From a virus, in the IMG/VR virus record IMGVR_UViG_3300009034_000017, positions 1 to 64,000 of that record: a stretch of 64,000 nt of DNA; one strand, written 5' to 3'. The notes below the pieces were generated by a model. The model did no database searches, was not told the origin of the DNA, and saw nothing but the letters and a program-made list of their open reading frames with translations. Positions 16,779 to 25,005 of the stretch are shown piece by piece. A program made the position numbers and the translations under genes. Each line of letters starts with the position of its first letter. The first letter of the stretch is position 1.

Positions 16779-18914
16779 ATGGGATTGACACTTAATGGTA
16801 GAAAGGTGCTGGATCGTACCCTGTTGCGCGGCCAAGAATTCATCTTGGACGCTGATGAGGATTCGTCTTTAACGGCAGACACGGACGACCAGCTTGACTT
16901 GCGGCTGGGCGGCAATGACGTGTTCGTGTTCAAAACATCGGAACTGGATATAAGTGGCGTTAATATCGTCAACTGTGGCGACATCGCGTTGGATTCCATT
17001 AGTGACGACGACGGTACAGGCATTAATATCGCCATGATGGATGCCAGTGCAACCGCCCTTACTATCAAGGAAGCCACCACCGCCTACTTGACATTTGACA
17101 CCTCCAATGGCACAGAGAATATCATCCTAGGCAAGAAACTGACTGGGGGCGCGGTTGAAATAGAGGGTTCGGCATTTGACATAAACGGGGGCACAGTAGA
17201 CGGCATAACCTCTCTGACTGTAGGGACAGATGGAAGCGGCGCTGACGTTTACTTCTATTCGGCTACGGGAGGCGACCACCTGTTTTGGGACTCGTCTGAG
17301 GAACTGCTCACCATCACGGGAACGAACGGGCAGATGGCCCTTAATGTGGCTGATGGCAACGTGATAATAGTGGATACCCTCTACCTTTTCGATGCAGGTG
17401 GCGAATCCCTGTCCAGTGACGGCACAGACCTTACAATAGCTTCAGGCGCACTCATCAATCTCACTGCTACATCAGACATCGTTATCCCTGTCAATATCGG
17501 GCTTATTTTTGGCGATGGTGCCGAAAAGATTGAAAGTAACAATACTGATTTTACCATCAATAGTGGAGGAGAACTGAACCTTACGGCTACAAGTGACGTT
17601 GTGATTCCAGTCAATGTAGGGCTTCATCTAGGAGACGGGGCAGAGAAGTTAGAGAGTAATAATACAGATTTAACGATCAACTCTGGCGTAGATATTAACC
17701 TGACTGCAACGACCGACATCAATGTGCCCGCAAACGTGGGGATGACTTTCGGAGATGATGGGGAAAAGATTGAGGGAGATGGCACCGACCTGACCATAGC
17801 ATCCAGTGGCATGCTGAACCTAAATGCAACGAGCGGGATTGCCATAAATGGGCCCCTCACGATAACTCCAGGGGTAGCGGGAACGTTCCTCGACTTTGAG
17901 CTAGAGACTGAGTGGGTGAGTGGCACACTTATCAGAGCGGACTTTGGTGGTGCAACAACTCTAAATAATGATACTGTTGTTGTTGGCCTAGACTTTAACT
18001 CAAACGTCAGCCTTACTACTGACAAAGACCTGACGGGCTATCAAATCAAGCTACCGGCCTTCACCCAAAGCGCGGCCAACACTACAACTATCATGGGATT
18101 TAACTTGCCGACTGCGGGGGCATTAGTACAGGACACTGCTGCTGGCACGCTTGCTTGGAAGGGCATCAATATCCAGATGCCCAATATCACTCAAACCACA
18201 GGAACCGTAACCTCAACAGGCATTACAATCACTGGCGGGACGGTAGCTTCGGGAACATCCTACGGTTTGATAATTGATGCCAATGCTGGCAACGTCGGCA
18301 TCGGGATGGCGGGGCCAAGCAAGAAACTGGAGGTCTACGATGGGGAATTTGCCCTTTCCAACACAGCTGTTGATCATAGCGTCACCGATAAGGCGACAGC
18401 GAACATACATTGTCTTATGGAAATAACGAGTGCAAGTTATGGCGGGACAATAATATCTGGCATCACCGATGGGCCTACGATTCCGCTCATCTTGAGAGGC
18501 ATACACGGCGAAGCAGACCCTACCGACACGCTTGAGGCGGTCAGGATTCAGGCGATGAAATATGATGGTGGAACGGGTATTACTGCCGTAGGTGCCGCAG
18601 AAGAAGTATTCCAAATGTTTAACAACACAACCTCTCTGTTGACAGTTTTGGGAAGCGGCAACGTCGGCATCAACATCGCCGCGTCGCTTCTCGGCAAGCT
18701 CCACATTGACCAATCAAGTACCTCGGCGGCAATTCCTCCACTCGTTCTTGACCAAGCGGATCTCAGTGAGGAGCTTATCAAATTCATCACGACCATTGGC
18801 GTGGGGAATCCCATAGAAGCCATTGGCGGGAAAACCTTGACGACGACACACTTCATCAGGGTTGAAATTCCTGGCCCGGCGTATGTGTATATCCCGGCTG
18901 GAACGATTGCATAA
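16779..18914 (+). CDS. tail fibre protein
   Basis: Three to four 40-aa repeats (NLTATSD..IP.N.G..FGD..EKIE...TD.TI.S), GNVGI motifs, THFIRVEI...YVYIP tip. Confidence 0.75.
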   Translation: MGLTLNGRKVLDRTLLRGQEFILDADEDSSLTADTDDQLDLRLGGNDVFVFKTSELDISGVNIVNCGDIALDSISDDDGTGINIAMMDASATALTIKEATTAYLTFDTSNGTENIILGKKLTGGAVEIEGSAFDINGGTVDGITSLTVGTDGSGADVYFYSATGGDHLFWDSSEELLTITGTNGQMALNVADGNVIIVDTLYLFDAGGESLSSDGTDLTIASGALINLTATSDIVIPVNIGLIFGDGAEKIESNNTDFTINSGGELNLTATSDVVIPVNVGLHLGDGAEKLESNNTDLTINSGVDINLTATTDINVPANVGMTFGDDGEKIEGDGTDLTIASSGMLNLNATSGIAINGPLTITPGVAGTFLDFELETEWVSGTLIRADFGGATTLNNDTVVVGLDFNSNVSLTTDKDLTGYQIKLPAFTQSAANTTTIMGFNLPTAGALVQDTAAGTLAWKGINIQMPNITQTTGTVTSTGITITGGTVASGTSYGLIIDANAGNVGIGMAGPSKKLEVYDGEFALSNTAVDHSVTDKATANIHCLMEITSASYGGTIISGITDGPTIPLILRGIHGEADPTDTLEAVRIQAMKYDGGTGITAVGAAEEVFQMFNNTTSLLTVLGSGNVGINIAASLLGKLHIDQSSTSAAIPPLVLDQADLSEELIKFITTIGVGNPIEAIGGKTLTTTHFIRVEIPGPAYVYIPAGTIA

Positions 18915-18925
18915 GGAGGTAAAGT

Positions 18926-19180
18926 ATGGCTTTCACACCAGAACAACCAAAAACACCAGCGTCCATCGGCGACATCAGCATCGTGCTTACCGATTATGCT
19001 GACATAGAGGAACTAGATACTGCCGATTATGAAATCCAAGTATTGCAGGCAGATGGCTCACTATTCCACTTGGCAAGCGGCAACCTTGTACCCCACCTGA
19101 CAGCGGGGCAAATCAGCACATTGCAGGCTTTCATAGCAGACATGAGGGCTAAAGCCATAGCGGAAATCCTTGGGGAATAA
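18926..19180 (+). CDS. small protein after the fibre genes (possible fibre chaperone)
   Basis: AAGGAGGT RBS; last gene of the + operon. Confidence 0.6.
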   Translation: MAFTPEQPKTPASIGDISIVLTDYADIEELDTADYEIQVLQADGSLFHLASGNLVPHLTAGQISTLQAFIADMRAKAIAEILGE

Positions 19181-19861
19181 CAGAGATGGGCGGGGACACA
19201 ACTAAACATAGGGTGGCTATTGCAATTGATGGCGTGACCGTTTTCAGTGACTATCTAAATGTCTAGCCACCCCTTTTCTTTGCGTCGGTCAAGCACCGCC
19301 CCAGCGCGGCCAGCAATACTTTAGCCCCATAATCGCCCAGCCCAAGGCAGAAGCGTGATAGAGACCTCGTGGAATTCTCCAGAGTTGCCTTCTCATAGGG
19401 GGACAGACTATCCCATGCTCCGTCTATGGCTTCCTTGCGTAGTGCGCGTCGCTGACCTAGCGGGGCACACCTGATCAGAGTTTCAAATTCGCCGCTGCTA
19501 GTCCATTCAGGTATCGTCATTTGTCAGCCTCCATCGCTATGTGTTCTTCCAATATCATTCTCGCCTCCATCTTAGCCATGATTGCCAAGTTGTCATTCAT
19601 AGTCTCGAGGCAACGTGAACCAAGACGCGAATAGTTTGTCAGACTCGTCCTCGGCTGGGGGCGCAAAGATGCAGCCATGTTCCCGAGAGGCATAGGGTGC
19701 CCGTGGGCAGTCGGGACAGAAATGTTCCTCGCGAGTGAGGTAGGCTAATTGTCTCACCCCGCGCTCCTTAACCATCCTGATGGGAAGCGGCTTGAGGCTG
19801 TGCGTTGCGTCGCGACAGGCTGCTGGGTGTTCTTCAAGCCATTCAAGGCTGGGTGAGGTCA

Positions 19862-20299
19862 TTATGCTCTTTTTCTTCGGCGTGCATGTGCATGATAATG
19901 ATCAGGTATGCAGCGTTGTCGTTCATCAATGTAGTAATCCTCGGAAATGAAATGCCATAGGGCTGTCCCGTCAAGAATTCTAAGCATGTGGTATCGCTCC
20001 TCGCCGGTGGGCCTAGCATCATGCCGCCTTAACACAACCATAGGCACCCCACAGGTCTTACAGAGACAACACCAGCATGTGTCATCTTCGTGGAACCGTT
20101 TTGTCAGGTGTTCGGCAGCACAGAGCGGGCAAGGCGGTATTAACTTTCCCCCCGTGATAGCGGGTGGACAGTGACACTTCCCCCATCGCTTGCCGCAATC
20201 AGGACAACGCCACTTCGTTATGTCACATTGCGATTTTATATAGCGCGGATCAGGCCCATCATCCGTAACGATCACCAAGCAATCCATTTCATCTTCCAT
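19862..20299 (-). CDS. HIT-like protein with a Zn-ribbon N-terminus
   Basis: CPLC, PMVVLRRH, IPDHYHAHAR (HxHxH). Confidence 0.55.
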   Translation of the reverse strand: MEDEMDCLVIVTDDGPDPRYIKSQCDITKWRCPDCGKRWGKCHCPPAITGGKLIPPCPLCAAEHLTKRFHEDDTCWCCLCKTCGVPMVVLRRHDARPTGEERYHMLRILDGTALWHFISEDYYIDERQRCIPDHYHAHARRRKRA

Positions 20300-20312
20300 C
20301 TTTGTTCTATCC

Positions 20313-21230
20313 TTAGATCGGCATACCGACTTGCTCTATTGGTATCCGCTGTGGCTTATCGCCTCCGTAGCCAAAGTCCCTGAACGGGATGGGGCTAGTA
20401 AATCTCAGGTTTTGCCAATATCTCATATACCGCTTGAGTTCAGCCTCTGTCCAGCTAGGAGCAACGTATTGATTCTTCCGAATTGCATTCAATGGTTGAT
20501 ACCGCATTGGGTTTGGGAAGGCTCCTAGGCCCCAGATTGTCTCTAGCCTATATAGTGCATCTTCTGGCGTATCCTTGTAGCCAATCAGGCAATAGACCCG
20601 AATCTTGCTCGGCCTGATTCCCGCTTTAATCAACCGCTCAAAGCCTCTTCTAAACAGCGGCTCGTCCCTAGTATGATCCCACGCCAGCCGTGCACACCGC
20701 AAGTCAAGTTCTGCCAACCGCTCTGCGTGGTAGGAAGTGAGCAGCCTAGCATCAAGGCCCTGATTAAAGTCAACTTGAGGCACAGGCTTCAGACGATCCA
20801 TTACGCGATCAAAATGCCTGCGCGAACATGCCAACAAGTTGTTGTCACAAACAATGGGGCGGACAGGCCAGTTATCCAGTTCCACTAAATCGCCCTCAAT
20901 GACTGGCACGAGACAGAATTTACACTGGCGGACACATCCTCTGCTTGTGAAGGTTGCTCGCGGGTTGTGATGTGGCAACGCATTGACCTCCCCGCCAATG
21001 CCAGTAACACTTTGTAGATATTCAGGATTAAAGGATACCGCTGGGCCGCCGGCCCGCACTCTGTAGCCTTGTGCTTTGAGGAATACTGCCCGCTGATAGG
21101 CATTAGACAGGCCCCAAGAAAATACTACAGAAAGAAAGGCTGTATCTCCCTCTATCCACTCTGCAAGACCGTTGTGCTTCCAGCCGCTCCGTTGTCGTAT
21201 TCTTTGCCATTCGTTCATTGGGCAAGGCAC
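20313..21230 (-). CDS. radical SAM protein
   Basis: AGGPAV, TSRGCVRQCKFC (CxxxCxxC), DNN, DFNQGLDARL, YCLIGY. Confidence 0.85.
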   Translation of the reverse strand: MPCPMNEWQRIRQRSGWKHNGLAEWIEGDTAFLSVVFSWGLSNAYQRAVFLKAQGYRVRAGGPAVSFNPEYLQSVTGIGGEVNALPHHNPRATFTSRGCVRQCKFCLVPVIEGDLVELDNWPVRPIVCDNNLLACSRRHFDRVMDRLKPVPQVDFNQGLDARLLTSYHAERLAELDLRCARLAWDHTRDEPLFRRGFERLIKAGIRPSKIRVYCLIGYKDTPEDALYRLETIWGLGAFPNPMRYQPLNAIRKNQYVAPSWTEAELKRYMRYWQNLRFTSPIPFRDFGYGGDKPQRIPIEQVGMPI

Positions 21231-21420
21231 TACTAATTCTCCCGATGATTATAAGTCCAAGCAAATAGATACAAACTTGCTAAAAACGCCAATAGCCCAC
21301 CATTCCACCACGACGAAGCCCCAAAGTCAAATGCTGCTGGCGTGAAGCCGTCTTTGAGCCCAGCAAGAATGTATGCCGTTGGGACTACGAGGAATAATAG
21401 GGTGTATGCTGTGATTTTTC

Positions 21421-22440
21421 TTAGCATGGAAACCCGTTCCATTCTTTTCCGTCAAGCAGGCGGCCTGCGCGTTTCTTGCCGACATGAGCCATTACATATT
21501 CTCTCTCTGGCGATTCTTCACCCTGCCTTCCATTCCATGGTGTCGTCAGCGGAAACCAATTTCCTTCATCATCCAGTGTCCCCCATTTATTAGGGCAAGT
21601 CGTGATGTCTGGGAATAGCATTCGCGGCAACCATGCCCCCCATTGCTTAAAGAAGAATGGCGTACCTGCTTCTTGGCACTGGTCTCTGATGCTCCTAGCC
21701 CAATCAGGATGCATTGGTCTTGCGCCTGGGCCTGATTCTCCGCCAACGATGACCCAATCAATCCCCCTTGTGCCTTCGCCCCTAGCTGAAATAGTCCCCC
21801 TGCCGATTACGGGACGATGAGCTGGGCCAGCATGTTCATCACAATGCTCACAATATGGACATTTGATCTTCAGCGCTTTTAAGCTATGGCGGAATACATG
21901 ATTGCACTCACCACACACATGGCCTTTCAAGTCTATTGGCTCCAACAGCGGCTCACAACTTACAAACCGTACAGCGGCAGGTGTCTGAAGTAGTAGCGGG
22001 ATTTGCTCATCGGCCCTCGCTTGGTTCTCAGCAGTGACACCAAGCCAGATATTGGGAAACGCCATCACAACCTCATCACGCACAAACTGAAGCATCCTAG
22101 CTGGCCTCTTGGTAAGAACCTGAAAGGTATGCTGCTCGGCCTTCATCATTACACCCCAAATATGTGCAATCCAATCTGTCTCCACATCCCTATGAAAAAG
22201 GTCGGACATAGAGCAAGCGAAGTACATCGTTGGCTTTTTGCGCTTGAGTGGCGCGTTCAACTTGTCAGGATGCAATGTTACATTGAAATGGTGCGGCGAC
22301 TTTGGATACCCATACCTTCCGGCCAGCCGCCTTGCCATGCGTTGAGCATAACAGAAGTCGCATCCCGGAGACCCAGCATGGCTACATCCTGTTATAGGGT
22401 TATAACTATGTTCTGTCCACTCTATTGTTGTTTTACTCAT
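21421..22440 (-). CDS. phage Gp37/Gp68 (DUF5131) family protein
   Basis: TTIEWT..SYNPITGC...PGCDFCYA, SMSDLFH, LTKRP, RFVSCEPLL, WVIVGGESG, PFFFKQWG. Confidence 0.92.
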   Translation of the reverse strand: MSKTTIEWTEHSYNPITGCSHAGSPGCDFCYAQRMARRLAGRYGYPKSPHHFNVTLHPDKLNAPLKRKKPTMYFACSMSDLFHRDVETDWIAHIWGVMMKAEQHTFQVLTKRPARMLQFVRDEVVMAFPNIWLGVTAENQARADEQIPLLLQTPAAVRFVSCEPLLEPIDLKGHVCGECNHVFRHSLKALKIKCPYCEHCDEHAGPAHRPVIGRGTISARGEGTRGIDWVIVGGESGPGARPMHPDWARSIRDQCQEAGTPFFFKQWGAWLPRMLFPDITTCPNKWGTLDDEGNWFPLTTPWNGRQGEESPEREYVMAHVGKKRAGRLLDGKEWNGFPC

Positions 22441-23008
22441 TCGCTGTTTCCTTTTGGGCTATATTCCTTGCGCTGCTTAGAATCTCAAACAAAACTGGAT
22501 TATCCCAACCATAGATTCTCGTATATCTATCCTCATTTTGGTTCCAAGGCTGCGAAAAGAGAATCGCTTTTCCCATAAATCCCTCAAAATTGTGTGGGCC
22601 ATCATCAATCAAAACATCAACCCGAACGAGGCTTTTCCTCTTCGTGAATACTAGTGATTCGTACATATCCCGAAAGTGTTCACTGAGCCATTCCAATGTC
22701 CAGACTTTCTGAAGGTAAGTTGGTTGGTATGTAACTATCACGATTTCATTTAGCTTGTGTAGCTTGGTTATAGCATCTATGGCTCCCAATACGGGAGGAG
22801 CGTGTCGCCAAATCTGAAGTCTCTTAAACCACAACTGACGAAATCCTTTTGGCAGCAATCCCACAGCGGCAATGTCAAGGCATTCATAAAATGCCCATTT
22901 ATCAATGTCTTCTCTGCGCTTCTTGATACCTGTCATTCGTTCTCACCATTTAAGGGTCGGTGGGATTATGTCTCTTAGTACAGAATCTACATCAATGCCG
23001 ATTATCAT
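22433..23008 (-). pseudogene. 5'(3')-deoxyribonucleotidase (HAD/NT5C) interrupted by an in-frame TGA
   Basis: ATG 23008 gives MIIGIDVDSVL (motif I), TGA at 22943-22945, same frame continues to IVT, K, LIDDGPHN, QPWN. Confidence 0.8.
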
Positions 23009-23030
23009 TTTTCTGCGAATCCGTTGATTA

Positions 23031-23831
23031 TTAAATCGTGAACAGCGGTGGGTTGGCTTGCCTCACCCGCAACCGTGCCAGCCCCACATATTCTTCTGAT
23101 ATGTCAAAGCCTATCCATAGGCGGCCTAACTGCTTTGCCATCTTTAAGGTAGTGCCTGAGCCACAGAGAGGATCTAAAACCACGTCGCCAGGATTTGACC
23201 AACTCAGGATGTGGTCACGGGCCAGGGCCTCAGGGAATGGGGCAGGATGATCTGTTCTATCACTTCTATTAGTTGGGTGAATAGTCCATACGTTGGTACG
23301 AAATCCAAATCTGGGAGTGATTATGTTTTTCCTCATCACCCGCGTACCCATCCCTGATGCCTTCGGGGTAGGGTTATTTACCTGTCCCGCCTTTTTGTTT
23401 TTCCTGTCTTTAAGCCGATTGACAGTTTTTGGCCTGCCCCTTGAAAGTACAAACATATACTCAAATGCTTGCCAATAAGCATAATTGCTACCCTTGGCCC
23501 CTGTGCCATCTACGTGGTAGATCATTGTGTCATGCAGCTTAAAACCCAACCCCATGAATCTCAGTGCCTGCCTGAAGCTTGTCCCTGTTTCTGATCCATT
23601 TACCGTTGCATCACCCACTACCCATACTACTATACCACCTTGCTTCGTCACCCTGAACAACTCGGCGGCTATCGGCCTAAAGTCAAAGATATAACCCTTG
23701 TAATCTCGGAGATTGTCATAGGGAGGCGAAGTCACAGTCAAGTCTATGCAGGCATCAGGCAACTTTATCAAGAGATCTTTGGCATTGCCAGCATAGATTT
23801 GATTTAATTTATAGGGGCCTAGTGAATCCAT
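23031..23831 (-). CDS. beta-class N4/N6 DNA methyltransferase M1
   Basis: TSPPY, HPAPFP, DPLCGSGTT. Confidence 0.93.
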   Translation of the reverse strand: MDSLGPYKLNQIYAGNAKDLLIKLPDACIDLTVTSPPYDNLRDYKGYIFDFRPIAAELFRVTKQGGIVVWVVGDATVNGSETGTSFRQALRFMGLGFKLHDTMIYHVDGTGAKGSNYAYWQAFEYMFVLSRGRPKTVNRLKDRKNKKAGQVNNPTPKASGMGTRVMRKNIITPRFGFRTNVWTIHPTNRSDRTDHPAPFPEALARDHILSWSNPGDVVLDPLCGSGTTLKMAKQLGRLWIGFDISEEYVGLARLRVRQANPPLFTI

Positions 23832-25005
23832 AGTTTACCTACCAAAGTATGCATAATTACAGAAGCGCCCATAACCTGGATTTTGTGCCGCCAATGGCGG
23901 CGCTCATCATCCTTCTCAGCCATGTTGGCCGGCTCCCTATTCTCTAGGGAGCTGCGACTCCCACTAGCGCCTGGTTCGCCAGTGCCCCTAGAGCCTCGCT
24001 GCCCGCTTGGGCAGTCCAGAGTTTCCTCAAGCAACGGTCTCTGCCCCACCAGAGATGTTACCTGCGATGAGCTAGGCGCTCCTAGATTGTTATTCAGATG
24101 ATTTAGCTATGGCTTCTTGCAGAAGCTTAATGGCATCACGGATATTGGCAAAAAAGGCTAGATCGGGTTCCTCTTCCTGCTGCGTGGGCCAATCATCAAA
24201 CGGGCCCTTGTATCGCTCATAGTCAGGCACATATTCTTCAAGCACCTGTTCGCCACTCACGAAGCGTTTCTTCTCTGGCTTTCTTGGACCATGCCAAGGA
24301 CCCGATATTTCCTCAAGGCGCTGCCAAAGTTCTCGCCTGCTATATAGATAGGCACAGAGCGATTTCAGGGGATTGTCGGTATCACAGACACGTGCGCTGT
24401 TTACCACCATGGTAAACTTGTGGCATTTGCGCTCTGGGTCTACACGCACCATGACATGATAGCCCTTCTCGCCCAGCTTCTGCATCAGGTCAACCAGTGT
24501 GAATCTGGGAAATGGATACCTTGGGCAAGGCCCTGGCTTTACTGGTTGCCCGCACCAATCACAAGAATACCATGATTCACATGTTCCATCAGATGAAGCC
24601 AAGCCGCTACCTGTTATACCCCAGCAGCCCCCTCGCTCAAATCCCATCACATGTTCGGCTACCCAATCGCTGGAATTCATTGTCGATTGGCCCTCAACAG
24701 GGATCATGGTCATCTCTAGTTCCTCCTTCATTGGTATTTAACTAAACCCCAACTAACTCTTGATCTCCTTTGTCTCGCGGATAGATTGTAAATTGTTGCC
24801 ATGCTTCCGCGTTAGGCATAAAAAACGGCCCAACTTCAATCAGTTCATTGCTCTCAAAGGGAATGTGCAAAATGGCATTGATGGGCCAAGAGAAACGGGG
24901 GAATGCTATTGGTGCTTCTTTGGGGTGATGTACTGTAATCTTGAACGAATTGGTATCTAGCCTAGTCACTTGGACTTCGCCTTTTATTTTCATGGCCTTG
25001 CTCTC

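Noticed and set aside
9962-18914. Diversity-generating retroelement acting on fibre genes
   Set aside because: No reverse transcriptase and no repeat pair differing only at adenines was seen in this window
19210-19280. GGGTGGCTA/TAGCCACCC inverted repeat at the convergence point as terminator or att site
   Set aside because: Only 9 bp with a ~44-nt loop, one arm is coding, and no integrase is in the window
23960-24085. RNase P RNA (GAGGAAACTC after a P3-like hairpin)
   Set aside because: Too short, and lacks the 3' ACAGAA...GGCTTA strand needed for P4
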